A stretch of DNA of 58,068 nt, counting the filler, from Stramenopiles sp. TOSAG23-3 (taxonomy: Eukaryota), in NCBI GenBank assembly GCA_900128585.1. It is 3 parts of 3 records of this genome, joined end to end, with 100 filler letters (N's around TTAATTAATTAA, not from the genome) between each part and the next. Parts side by side here need not be neighbours in the genome. Positions count along the whole stretch, not along the records: positions 1 to 19,356 come from LT642404.1; positions 19,457 to 38,799 come from LT642405.1; 1 more part is not named here. One strand, written 5' to 3'. A program made the translations under genes and the position numbers. Each line of letters starts with the position of its first letter. Position 1 is the stretch's first letter. A model generated the notes under the pieces. The model had not been told where the DNA came from. It did no database searches and was given only the letters and a program-made list of their open reading frames with translations. Positions 11,322-21,862 of this stretch are shown here, piece by piece.

Positions 11322-11996
11322 TTAATTTATTGTACAACATGGGTTAGAATCCTCTTTGATTCGCCAAACGACCCTCTCCCCTTCTTCGAAACTATCTTCG
11401 TCCGACGAACCCTCAGTACCGTCCTCGTATTCTATTTCTCGCCGTCCACGCCGCTTCCGCGCGGTTGGGGCGGCTCCTTCTTCTTGCAGAACTTTGCCCG
11501 CGTATTTGAACTTGTTGGCAAAATCTTTATGCGACGGAATGGGTGGCTTTACACTATGCACCCATGACCAGTACTTTTCCTCTGCACGCCCATCTCGTGG
11601 CAATACTTTCTTAATCTCATCCATACACAAAGGGCACGCTCTCCACGCGGCACGGACGGCAGTGTCGGTAGTCCCTATCCCGTGCTCCGACCTGCACGGC
11701 TCACACACGCACGCGTGCCTGCAAGGGAAAAACACAACAGTGCACGGGCGTTTTTTGCACATGATGCATTTCCTGGACTTTTTTGTGCCGCCCTCAACAT
11801 GCTCACCATCGCTTGCTAGGTATTTTGCATAGTTCATGTACTCTGTCGCAATATCACCATAATCTTTGTTGAACTTCTGTTCTTTCGCATATTTCGACAG
11901 CTTCTTCAACTTCGCCTTTACCGCCTTCTTGTCGATGACCTTGGTTTCCCCTGACACGTACTCGTTGTCCCCGTAATCTCGAGAGTCGTAATCCAT
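11322..11996 (-). CDS. RING finger (C3HC4_3-type) protein, probable E3 ubiquitin ligase
   Basis: CIMC...VVFFPCRHACVCEPC...CPLC pattern; C-terminus SNPCCTIN. Confidence 0.85.
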   Translation of the reverse strand: MDYDSRDYGDNEYVSGETKVIDKKAVKAKLKKLSKYAKEQKFNKDYGDIATEYMNYAKYLASDGEHVEGGTKKSRKCIMCKKRPCTVVFFPCRHACVCEPCRSEHGIGTTDTAVRAAWRACPLCMDEIKKVLPRDGRAEEKYWSWVHSVKPPIPSHKDFANKFKYAGKVLQEEGAAPTARKRRGRREIEYEDGTEGSSDEDSFEEGERVVWRIKEDSNPCCTIN

Positions 11997-13099
11997 CTTA
12001 AGCAGAGAAGTAAAGTCCTAACTTAGCAACGCATGGACATTACAACACAAGCAATCCCTAAGCTTTTGTCCTCGAGTTCTAATATTTTTCTCCAACCCAA
12101 AGCAGACACTTAGCTCTGACCCAACACACGGGGTTTCTTACATTCAAAAATCCAATATCGTAATACTACAAATAAAATACACTTACAACACCTCTAACCA
12201 CTTTTCTCTACAGCCTATTCCTGTGCCTTTAAAATCACTTTGAACGCATGTGCCTGTCTCACTTGTGTTTTAACTTCAAAATTGTTTTCCAATCCCATTA
12301 TTATTTTTTCCATGTCATTATTAATTTTTGTATTATTTATTATATTATTATTGTTTTTTATTATTAAAAATTATATAAGAAGGAAGAAGAACAACGAAAA
12401 GAATGAAAAATTATTTCGGTTGTCGTTGTTGTTGTGTTGTTTTCTTGTTGGTTGTTGTTGTTGTGTGGTGATATTTATTATTTTTAATTTATTTATTGAT
12501 TTGATGATGATGATGAGATTGTTGATTTGTTGTCATTCAACATGCCAACGTGTGTTGTTGGTGTGTCTAGCATTATTAGTTTATTTTGAAAGAAGAAAGA
12601 AGAAGAAAGAAGAAAGAAGGAATTAAAATAAAAAATATTATTTATTTATTAAATAATTTTTGGATTTTGGGATAATAAATTATAAGACTTTGTAGAATAT
12701 GATAAAAAATAATAAAAATAAAAAGCTGCTGTGTTGAGTTGTTAAAATCGATTTTCTTTATTACTAACATTATACAGCTATTATCGTATAATAATTGGTA
12801 TGGTATTTGATGAGGAGAGGAGAGGAGAAGAAGCACAGAAGATGAAAATAGAGATCGAATGTATTGTAATATAAATAGTAGATACTGTGTAGTAGATTGA
12901 TGATATAAAATAAAATATAGACGAAAAAAACTAGGACTACTAATTTAAATTTCATCGAATTATTGTGCGACGATTGAAGATTGGCGACAAGTGTTAATAT
13001 ATAGATATTGTTTATTCAAAAGTATCATATCAAGTAAAAGGATGATTTAGTGTTTTGTTAAGCGTCACAACAAGATCACAACCTGTCACAATTTTAAAA

Positions 13100-15832
13100 T
13101 TACAAGTCAAAGAATCGATCTTCCCCGAAAGCAATATCAAATACATCATCGTACTCGTCGCAAAAGTGAACCTCGAGATCTTCCTGTATATACTCGGGCA
13201 ATTCGTCGAAATCTTTTTGGTTCTCGGCCGGCAAAATTAAGCAGTTCACACCCGCACGTCTCGCAGCGATAGTCTTTTCTTTGATTCCCCCGACAGGCAA
13301 CACTTTACCCGTCAATGATATTTCCCCAGTCATTGCCAGATCTCCACGAATGGGCCTGTCCATCGCGAGCGATAGCAAGGCGGTTGTCATTGTGATGCCC
13401 GCAGATGGCCCATCTTTCTTGATCGCACCTTCTGGCACGTGCAAATGAATCCTCGAATTTTCAAAAAACGAGTTTGATGGGTCCCACGTTCGCAGCTTTT
13501 TTCGGGCATTGGTCATTGCAATCGACGAACTTTCATTCATGACTTCACCCAGCTGACCTGTTCGCATCAAATGTGCTTCTCCGCCCATCTTCTTGGCCTT
13601 GCCTTCGTTATGTATGCCTGCAGTCTCGATGTACAGCGCCGAGCCCCCCATGGCAGTGTACGCCAAGCCCATAACAACTCCCGGGGGAGTTCCTTCCTCG
13701 TACAGACGATCGCTGGAGAATGGCGCCTTCCCCAAAAAGTCAGTCAATTTATCTTCTGTAATCGCCCACCCAGCGTCGCTTTCGGAAGGTTTCTCTTTCA
13801 CAACTTTGAATGCCAATTTCCTATACATTTTCTCTACTTGCTTTTGCAAATTTCGAACACCGGCTTCACGACAGTACCACCGAATAAGGGATTCCGTTGC
13901 AGGGCGCTCAAGGCCCATCGAGGATGGAACTCCTGCACTGCCTTCCTGAAGCCCAACTTCTTCGCGAGCCTTGGGCTCCAGGTATTTTTCACAAATTTGA
14001 ACCTTTTCCGGAAGGTCGTAACCGGACAAAGTTATAACTTCCATCCGATCGAGCAGCGGGCCGGGGATAGTGTCTAGGTTGTTGGCAGTGCACACAAACA
14101 GCGCTTTTGACATGTCCAACGGTACATCCAGGTAATGATCAACAAACGACTGGTTTTGACTGGGGTCAAGCAACTCTAGCAACGCAGACGCGGGGTCACC
14201 GGCATGCCCCCGGCCCAGCTTGTCAATTTCATCGATAAGGATAAGCGGATTAAACGTCTTCGTTGACTTTACGGCTTGGACGATTTTCCCAGGCATTGCG
14301 CCGACGTAAGTTCTGCGGTGCCCTTTGATTTCTGCCACATCGCCCAACCCACCTACAGAAAACCTGTAGTATTCACGGTTCAAAGCCCTTGCAATTGATT
14401 TTCCAATACTAGTTTTACCGACACCAGGTGGGCCCGCAAGGCATATAATTTTCCCCTGCACGTTCCCTTTCAACTTCCCAATTGCGATGAATTCCAAAAT
14501 CCTTTCCTTTGCATCTTCCATTCCGTAATGGTCTTCTTCAAGTATCTTGTGGCCAGCATCAACATCAAAGTTTTCGTCGCTGAACTCCCCCCAGGGTATA
14601 GACGTAAGCCAGTCCAAGTAGTTTCTCGTGACGTTGAACTCCGAGGAATTTTTCTCCAGACTTGCAAGCTTCTCCAGCTCCTCGTCGATGACCTTTTTCG
14701 CGTCCTCTGGAATCTCCTCAAGCTGCTCGAGCCTTTCCATAAATTTACCCACAACGGCTTCTTTGTCGTCCTTTTTTATGCCCAGCTCTTTCTCAATGGA
14801 CTTCAACTGTTCCCGCAGCATGTACTTTCTTTGCTCTCCTTGAACTTTCTCTTCGACGTCCTGCCGAATCTTGTCTTGCAGCTTGCTAATTTCGATTTCT
14901 TTCATCAGCAGCATCAGCACGCAGTCCAGCCGCTCTTTCACTGGCATCGTTGCAAACGCCTCTTGCAATTCGTTGGGGCCCGCTGTGAGGAGCGACGCGA
15001 CAAAGTCAGCAAACTTCCCAGGGTCTTGCTTTGGGTCTAAACGAGTGTACATGAACGAAAGCTGCTCCCGAAAGCCAGGGTTAATTTTGATCAAGTCGCG
15101 CATCGCTTCCATGACGGCGTTTCCAGTGGCCGTGACAAGGTTCATTTCCTCCGCCCCAATCACGGGGGGGGTATCGAGGTGTTCCACGTTGACATACACC
15201 ACCCCGTCCCCTTCTTTTGCAACGTCCAATATCCGCACACGCCGATGCCCCCTCACAAGAACACTCCCAGCTTTATCGCCCGTTTCCCCATCGTCGGGAG
15301 AAAACATGTCCTGTCGATGGGGCACCAGGTGCACTTGGGCCAAGGTACCAATGGGGTGGACTAAAGAGACGTCCGTTAACGGCTGGGCAACTTCCATTCC
15401 ATCGCTGTGTTCTTCCTTGTAAAGGAACGCACCGACATACGGAACGCTACTGTTCCCTATTTTCTTCAATTCGCTCATAGTGGGCAAGTGGTGAGCGTTC
15501 AATGGATGGTGTTGCCCATGTGGAAACAACGGGCGTCTAACTAACGGGACTGCCATCACCGACTGTGGCTTTGGCGCGTCCTCTCCTTCGCCAACGAAGG
15601 CGACCGCACTGTCTGCACCCTGCTCTTTTCGCCCCGAGTCTTTCGCGCCCGATTCGCCGCGACCGTTCCCTTCCCCATCATTATTCTTCTCGTGCCCACT
15701 TTCCCCGCTGTCACCTTTGCCCCACCATAAGAACCGCTTGTTCCCAAGAGGGTACTGCGCTCCTCCTCTCCAAGACCGTCTCGTCCCAGCCAAAGATGTG
15801 GGTACAAGCTGTTTCTTGAACACCCTCAACAT
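13100..15832 (-). CDS. LONP1: Mitochondrial Lon protease
   Basis: Basic N-terminal presequence, LON N domain (RRPLFP), Walker A GPPGVGKT, Walker B LIDEIDK, GHRRTYVGAMPG, catalytic DGPSAG Ser and GGIKEK Lys. Confidence 0.97.
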   Translation of the reverse strand: MLRVFKKQLVPTSLAGTRRSWRGGAQYPLGNKRFLWWGKGDSGESGHEKNNDGEGNGRGESGAKDSGRKEQGADSAVAFVGEGEDAPKPQSVMAVPLVRRPLFPHGQHHPLNAHHLPTMSELKKIGNSSVPYVGAFLYKEEHSDGMEVAQPLTDVSLVHPIGTLAQVHLVPHRQDMFSPDDGETGDKAGSVLVRGHRRVRILDVAKEGDGVVYVNVEHLDTPPVIGAEEMNLVTATGNAVMEAMRDLIKINPGFREQLSFMYTRLDPKQDPGKFADFVASLLTAGPNELQEAFATMPVKERLDCVLMLLMKEIEISKLQDKIRQDVEEKVQGEQRKYMLREQLKSIEKELGIKKDDKEAVVGKFMERLEQLEEIPEDAKKVIDEELEKLASLEKNSSEFNVTRNYLDWLTSIPWGEFSDENFDVDAGHKILEEDHYGMEDAKERILEFIAIGKLKGNVQGKIICLAGPPGVGKTSIGKSIARALNREYYRFSVGGLGDVAEIKGHRRTYVGAMPGKIVQAVKSTKTFNPLILIDEIDKLGRGHAGDPASALLELLDPSQNQSFVDHYLDVPLDMSKALFVCTANNLDTIPGPLLDRMEVITLSGYDLPEKVQICEKYLEPKAREEVGLQEGSAGVPSSMGLERPATESLIRWYCREAGVRNLQKQVEKMYRKLAFKVVKEKPSESDAGWAITEDKLTDFLGKAPFSSDRLYEEGTPPGVVMGLAYTAMGGSALYIETAGIHNEGKAKKMGGEAHLMRTGQLGEVMNESSSIAMTNARKKLRTWDPSNSFFENSRIHLHVPEGAIKKDGPSAGITMTTALLSLAMDRPIRGDLAMTGEISLTGKVLPVGGIKEKTIAARRAGVNCLILPAENQKDFDELPEYIQEDLEVHFCDEYDDVFDIAFGEDRFFDL

Positions 15833-16478
15833 ACTCGCAAACAGACTCGCAACAAACGTATTAGATTGTGTACCTTCGTATCAATGTATCAAACCTTTAT
15901 CTCCTAAAGTTTAAATCCAGAAGAATAGCGTTATCGTCAATTATTGCTGTAAAAGTATAGAGCATGAAGTATAGTACGGAATATATGTGTAATAATAATA
16001 AGCAGATTTTTTCGCAATTCTTCTTCTTCTTTTTTTTAATTATATTATTATTACATACACCTCATCTCATAAATTTATTAGCTAATAATAATATTAATTA
16101 TTTATTATTATTTTAATTAATAATCACAACAGCACACAACACCAAGAAGAAGGGATAGTTTTACTATTTTTTTAATTTAAAAAATATTAATGTTTTTTTG
16201 GTTGGTGACGAAGACCTCGGTCGTCTTCAACAAGCGATGATGAATCACGCACATAATGGTATTCTATGTCAAAAAAAAAAAACAGAAGATGCATCGAGAA
16301 GCCCTTTAAATCTTCTTTTATTAATAGAGGGTTAAGGTATAATATGAATAGTATAATATTTTTTATTAATTTATATCTTAATATATTTTTGTATAATTGA
16401 TTTTAATAAACAATTTTGTAGTTGAAATGTTACCATTAGTGTTTAACCTTAACCATACATTAGCAGAGGGTAAGGCAG

Positions 16479-19211
16479 TCAAGATTTTCTCGGCGATGTG
16501 GTGGAGCCACTGCGCTCTCTTTCGTTCGCGGGAAAGGAGTACTGACCGACGCTTTCACGCCTTTTCCGTGGGCTAGGAGGCCGTGATGGCAAATCGACGG
16601 TTTCCCCAGGCTTGGCCACCGCGATCGACAATTGCCAGCTTCCTCGGCCGGCTAAACTAACACTGACCTTCATGATAGTGTGTTCTGGTGTCTCCACGTT
16701 TTCAACGATTGTCGCGGAGCACTTCGGGGATGTATTGGCATAGTCAACGCCGCAATTGTTCCTGTGCGGAAGGACAACCCAAAGAAGCCCGTTAAGGACA
16801 GAAATGTGGTGGCCACGAATGACCAGACGTCGGGTACTTTCGTCGTACTTGCCACTGAGCCTGCCATCGCTCATACCCAGCAGCGTGAACGAGTTCCCGA
16901 CCAGCGCAGGGAATAGAGACTGCTCCGTCGCAATGGTCGCGCATACCCCATGTGGCGCAATGGTGACACGCGAATCTTCTAGTAGGGTTTGGCCCCAGAA
17001 ATCAAACAGGTAATGAGAGCTTGTCCATGGCGCACCCGCGCGTTTCTGCTCCAGGATGAGATGGAATTCCTTCCCCATCGCACGGGAAACTTTGTACGCC
17101 GACCAGTTTATGAACGCAATCAAGGAACTGTCCCCGCTTTCTTCGGCCTTGCAGACGAACGTCCTAGGATAACGGTCGCGCATGGGCTCAAGGGCAGCCC
17201 CGCGGACGCTGCTAGACGGTGGCATTATTCGCTGGGCCAAGGCCAACCGATCCATCGACATATTCGTCAGGTCGTCAGAAAGCACGATTAGCCCACCGGT
17301 CATCCCGAAAAGGGTGACTTGCGTGGTCACCTCGTCCACCGTCAAACCCGTGTTGCGCGAACGGGCAATAATGCAGTCCGGGTCGTTCAACCACCAAATT
17401 CCGTGAAGAAAGTTGCGACTGCAGTTGCTCAGCAGTGCAAGCTGGGTGCAAGGGACGCCTTCCCCCTTTGCAAATATGCTTTCCAAAGCATTTGGCCCCC
17501 AGCGGTCTGCGACATCGTTGGAGACCCGCATCGCATCCACGTACCCCAAGGAAGGAGCCAGCGGTGCCCCGCACCCCAGAATAAAACCGTCCGGGCCGAC
17601 CGCCTTCCGGATGATCTCAAGGCCTTTTCTGTAAGCCTCGCACCTGGAAAGATCGTCGTTGTGCCGTACCCCGTCCCGGATACCGGCAATCAGATAGTCC
17701 AATTTGAAGTAACTGAACCCAAACTCCCTGAGCGTTTCAAACGTAGTCTTAAGCCATTCTTGCACTTCCGGGTGGGTCAAGTCTATCGCATACGTGTAAG
17801 AATCTTCGTGCCAGTTCGGGTTAAAGTGAAACACCATCCCCTTCCCGCTTGAATTCTTGATAAGCCAATCCGGGTGCCGTTTGTAAATCGTCGAGCTGTG
17901 CCCTGCCAGGAACGGGGCGACCCAGATCCCTGCCTTGAAGCCATGGGCTTGGATGTGCTTTGCTACTGCCTTTAGGCCGTGGGGAAACTTTCTGTTGCAC
18001 GACAGCCAGTCCCCAATAGCCGCCTGGTACCCGTCATCAAGTTGCACGTACTCAACCCCAAGTTCTGGGTGGGATGCCAGAAGCTCTACGTTCCTCAGGA
18101 TATCGCTCTCCTTCACGTCCCCGTACAGCTCGTACCACGAGCACCAGCCGACGGGGCTACGGGTATCCAACACGGGCATCTTGCGCTCACTTTGCTCCAC
18201 ACACAGGCGGGCGTACTTTTCAAACACTCCGGTAGTCTGGCCCTTCATCAAAACGAGCGATTCCATTCCCAGCCCATTCTTATCGGTGACAGCACGGCCG
18301 TTATAGTCTAGCAAACAGGAAACGGCCCGCTCGCCCCTTTTAAAGTAAATTGACCCGAGGGCGATGTTGCTAGACAAAAACCCAGAGACGAAGGCAATGT
18401 CACTATCAGAATGTTGGAATGCACTGAAGTGCTCGGATATCAGCACGTCGGATTTTCCCCAGACGGGAGAGTCCACATTGTGCATCATGGAACTTATGAA
18501 CCTGTTCAAATATGGCAAGTTAAACATTGCGTACTGCTGCTTGCTTGTCGTTTGAATCGGCCCGGTGGGTGCCCAGCTCTGGAAGCCATTCTGGTACATG
18601 AGAACATTATGTAGGGACGCAAACGACGCCCCCGACCCAAAAGAGAATTTGTACTCAATGGAGTGCAGAATTATTTTTTTACCTTTGTTCGGGGTCTTCA
18701 GTCGAACGTTCGCAGAAACGCAAACGCTGGTGGACGATGGGGCAAGCAGGAGGCTCACGAGGACAAGGTCGTTCGAAAACTCAACCGTGGTCCCAGCCTT
18801 TCCAGATTTTATCTTCTTGTCCGCCGCCACCGTCAAGCTCAAGATACACTTGGGCGCATTTCTCGTTTCTTTCTTGTCTTTTCCCACGACGCTGTACGTG
18901 CACGTCACGCTCATAGGCACGGAGTGAGGGACCAGTCCTTCCACTTCAACCGAACCGCCTTTTGTGTACACCTTCAGCGGCGTGTTTTCGTCCGACCATA
19001 CGCCAACGAAACTCTCCCCACGATTCCTCCGCGTTTGAATCCGACCTTCATCACTCACGCGAGGTGTTTCTGGCGCATTGCTGTACCGAACATAGGACAT
19101 GACCACAGAAATCGCAACAACCAAGACGCCTATCCATAGCTCCACCGTGTACAAGTTCGGTATTATGTACGTCTCCACCAAGGCTCTGGCCGGCCCATAT
19201 ATATGTTCCAT
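16479..19211 (-). CDS. GH36-type alpha-galactosidase with N-terminal membrane anchor
   Basis: Motifs GWCSWY, QLDDGYQ, KFPHGLK, GIWVAPF, KLDYL (nucleophile Asp), LGCGAP, MRVSNDV (acid/base Asp), NDPDC; hydrophobic segment LWIGVLVVAISVVMSYV; first ATG at 19211. Confidence 0.9.
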   Translation of the reverse strand: MEHIYGPARALVETYIIPNLYTVELWIGVLVVAISVVMSYVRYSNAPETPRVSDEGRIQTRRNRGESFVGVWSDENTPLKVYTKGGSVEVEGLVPHSVPMSVTCTYSVVGKDKKETRNAPKCILSLTVAADKKIKSGKAGTTVEFSNDLVLVSLLLAPSSTSVCVSANVRLKTPNKGKKIILHSIEYKFSFGSGASFASLHNVLMYQNGFQSWAPTGPIQTTSKQQYAMFNLPYLNRFISSMMHNVDSPVWGKSDVLISEHFSAFQHSDSDIAFVSGFLSSNIALGSIYFKRGERAVSCLLDYNGRAVTDKNGLGMESLVLMKGQTTGVFEKYARLCVEQSERKMPVLDTRSPVGWCSWYELYGDVKESDILRNVELLASHPELGVEYVQLDDGYQAAIGDWLSCNRKFPHGLKAVAKHIQAHGFKAGIWVAPFLAGHSSTIYKRHPDWLIKNSSGKGMVFHFNPNWHEDSYTYAIDLTHPEVQEWLKTTFETLREFGFSYFKLDYLIAGIRDGVRHNDDLSRCEAYRKGLEIIRKAVGPDGFILGCGAPLAPSLGYVDAMRVSNDVADRWGPNALESIFAKGEGVPCTQLALLSNCSRNFLHGIWWLNDPDCIIARSRNTGLTVDEVTTQVTLFGMTGGLIVLSDDLTNMSMDRLALAQRIMPPSSSVRGAALEPMRDRYPRTFVCKAEESGDSSLIAFINWSAYKVSRAMGKEFHLILEQKRAGAPWTSSHYLFDFWGQTLLEDSRVTIAPHGVCATIATEQSLFPALVGNSFTLLGMSDGRLSGKYDESTRRLVIRGHHISVLNGLLWVVLPHRNNCGVDYANTSPKCSATIVENVETPEHTIMKVSVSLAGRGSWQLSIAVAKPGETVDLPSRPPSPRKRRESVGQYSFPANERERSGSTTSPRKS

Positions 19212-19356
19212 TGCTGTAGGTAGCACTGGCCGCAACGCACTAACTAAACTGAAACTGAATCGAAATCAAACTCAAACAAACAATATCTATATATTAACAC
19301 TTGTCGCCAATCTTCAATCGTCGCACAATAATTCGATGAAATTCTATCCATGATGA

Positions 19357-19456
19357 NNNNNNNNNNNNNNNNNNNNNNNNNNNNNNNNNNNNNNNNNNNN
19401 TTAATTAATTAANNNNNNNNNNNNNNNNNNNNNNNNNNNNNNNNNNNNNNNNNNNN
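19357..19456. other. Artificial contig linker (N44-TTAATTAATTAA-N44)
   Basis: Exactly 100 bp with a central six-frame stop 12-mer at 19401-19412; same structure at 38800-38899. Confidence 0.95.
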
Positions 19457-19458
19457 AG

Positions 19459-21120
19459 AGTGCAATAGAAAAACCTTCCACAAGCAACGACGAGGGCGTG
19501 TCCGAGTGGGACGACGATAAGGTGGTAAAAGTGCCTCTGCCAGCAAAACCTAAGAAAGTGAAAAGGGTCCTTATGGAATCGTTCAGCACTGTGGTGGTCG
19601 CGAAAGTAAGCGCAGCCGTACAGACCGAACCGGTCCATTCCCGGCACACTACGCCAAACGCTCCGAACAACGGGCCATTAGAATCAGTCGCCCCGCCTGT
19701 CACACGAATAGATGAAGAGAGCAACGAAGAAGGACCGGTGAGCCATAGCCTACCAAAGTCCGAGGGAATGACAATGCGTGAGTGGATGGCAGAGTCAAAG
19801 GTGGGAATGTCTCAGAATACGTTGAATAAGCAAGCCATGGTTTTGGAAAATGTATTCAAACGGAAACAAAACAGTACCAAGGTGCAAGGAATACTCTCAC
19901 GAATATTGTTCAACCAACAACGGCGGATATTGTGGACAAAGGTGGCATGGGCACGATGGACTCGTAACCTTGGTGGTGTACGGACGGAACCTGCAGCGGT
20001 CACCTGTACGGTCGCCCAAAGCACACCCATCCAACGCAAGCGCTTACCAGGCAGTGGGTACGGCTACGACCCACGAACTGGTATAGTCACTGCCCTTCCA
20101 GCTCCCAATATTATAGACAGCAAAGAAAAGTTGGAGACAATCTCAAATGCGTGCCTAAATATGCGGTTCAAGGCATGCGCACAAGAAAAGAGTACTTTGC
20201 TTTCCATCGCATCACTACTAAACGAAGTCGCCTCATGTGTCACCGAAGAGCGCAATGCTGTAAAATCGCAAAGTCTTGAGTCCCTCTGCATAGAATGGTT
20301 AACGTACATTGAGAATCGCATCCCTTTGCTTCAGCAAGAAGAACGAAAAGTGAAATCTCAGCAGGCGCATGACATAATACACTTTATCGCCAAAGATTCG
20401 TATCGCACTGTGAGCCCACAATCTCTGCCGAGACACACGCTCGATGGGTACAAATCTTATTTGGCGCGCCGATTGCCTTCGGACAAGCATGACATGCCAT
20501 CACGATCGAGTCCGCAAAGAGATCCCTACGAGTCTCCTATGGTCAAGCCAGCGCCAAAACGGCAATACAATAAGAAGCGTCATGTTGCGTGTCGGCTAAA
20601 GGCGATCTCTCCCATCAAGGTGGGCAAGGATGGAACAAGACACGTGTACTACAAAAAAGAAGGGCAGAGGCACACTTCTTTGTCTAAGAGACGCAAGAAG
20701 AAACAGTTGCTACGAATAGAGGGGCCAGACCGGGATCGTTGCTCTCCTGGCTCGTCTAAACCATATAGTGCATCGTCCACAAAAAACCCTAAAGAAGAAG
20801 ATGGCGTCTTGCTAAGTCTCGACGAAGTCTTTACGCTCCCCGAAACTGCCTCCCCACCGATGATCAGCCTGGACGAAGCTTTCGAGCCGCCTCCGCCTCC
20901 ACGCCACAAAAGTTACCATCAAGCGCATATCGAGAGCATGAAATCCCGTTCTAATGCCGCACGAAACGTTTCTAGCACGTTGAAATTACGAAAATTTTCA
21001 AGGGCGAAGAGCAACGCAAGTCAGGTTAATCCTTGGACGCCTTTGGAGAGCCCAGATACACCGACTGTTGAAGACGACTTGTCGGCAATGTTGCAGATTT
21101 CATCCGGGGGAAAATTTTAA
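19459..21120 (+). CDS. Hypothetical protein, 5' truncated at contig edge
   Basis: Frame is open from the linker (AGT GCA ATA GAA...) for ~550 codons; S/P/K/R-rich; no family recognised. Confidence 0.65.
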   Translation, partial: SAIEKPSTSNDEGVSEWDDDKVVKVPLPAKPKKVKRVLMESFSTVVVAKVSAAVQTEPVHSRHTTPNAPNNGPLESVAPPVTRIDEESNEEGPVSHSLPKSEGMTMREWMAESKVGMSQNTLNKQAMVLENVFKRKQNSTKVQGILSRILFNQQRRILWTKVAWARWTRNLGGVRTEPAAVTCTVAQSTPIQRKRLPGSGYGYDPRTGIVTALPAPNIIDSKEKLETISNACLNMRFKACAQEKSTLLSIASLLNEVASCVTEERNAVKSQSLESLCIEWLTYIENRIPLLQQEERKVKSQQAHDIIHFIAKDSYRTVSPQSLPRHTLDGYKSYLARRLPSDKHDMPSRSSPQRDPYESPMVKPAPKRQYNKKRHVACRLKAISPIKVGKDGTRHVYYKKEGQRHTSLSKRRKKKQLLRIEGPDRDRCSPGSSKPYSASSTKNPKEEDGVLLSLDEVFTLPETASPPMISLDEAFEPPPPPRHKSYHQAHIESMKSRSNAARNVSSTLKLRKFSRAKSNASQVNPWTPLESPDTPTVEDDLSAMLQISSGGKF

Positions 21121-21862
21121 AGCGCGCACAAGAATGTTTTAAAAACAAAATATAATGGCTGTCGTTTAGGTAACCATAAATCTAGGAATTAAATATTTTC
21201 TAAATTATGCAATGTGTGTTGCGCATTTGTTTTTAATGAAAAATATTGGCTGCTATATAATTTGTTTTTTAAAATCAAAATATTGGCTGTATTTTTATTG
21301 GAGAAGATTCATTTTCGCGGTATATTTAGGAAGCTAAAAATTTAAAAATTACTTTTAACGCAAACCTGAGAATGTCTAAATCTAGATTTCAGTTCGCAGT
21401 AAATTAATTTTAATTACTTATAAATATGATAACAGCCAATTTTCTATTTTAGACTTTATATTATAGTATAGCCAATTTTCTTGTTTTTATTATAGTATAG
21501 TATTATAATATGCTTTTTTAAGACTCTCATTTTATATCAATTACGATTTCAGTTCTTCCAGCCCTAAAAAACCTAAAATGGATTTTTTAAATTTGATTTT
21601 TTAATTTCGTTAGTTGTTGTATTTAAATATAACAGCCAATTTTTTGTTTTCATGTGTATTTCGTTTCGTTCCTCGTTATTCTTCCTTTTTCTCCCTGCAG
21701 TTCGTATTTTCCCCACGACCTCTCTTTCGTGTTTATTTCCCCCTTTATTTCATTTATGCCGCTGTGTACTTTTAAGACCAATCAATTGGAATCTTGACCA
21801 GAACTTGGGGAGGATCTGCAATAGGAGGAAACAGCCAATTTTTCTTGTTTTTATTTCCCCCT

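Noticed and set aside
12240-12955. Hydrophobic ORFs in AT-rich spacer
   Set aside because: Low-complexity AT-rich intergenic DNA without coding-like composition
19401-19412. TTAATTAATTAA as biological palindrome or piggyBac TTAA site
   Set aside because: Centred in symmetric N runs twice; standard artificial six-frame stop linker
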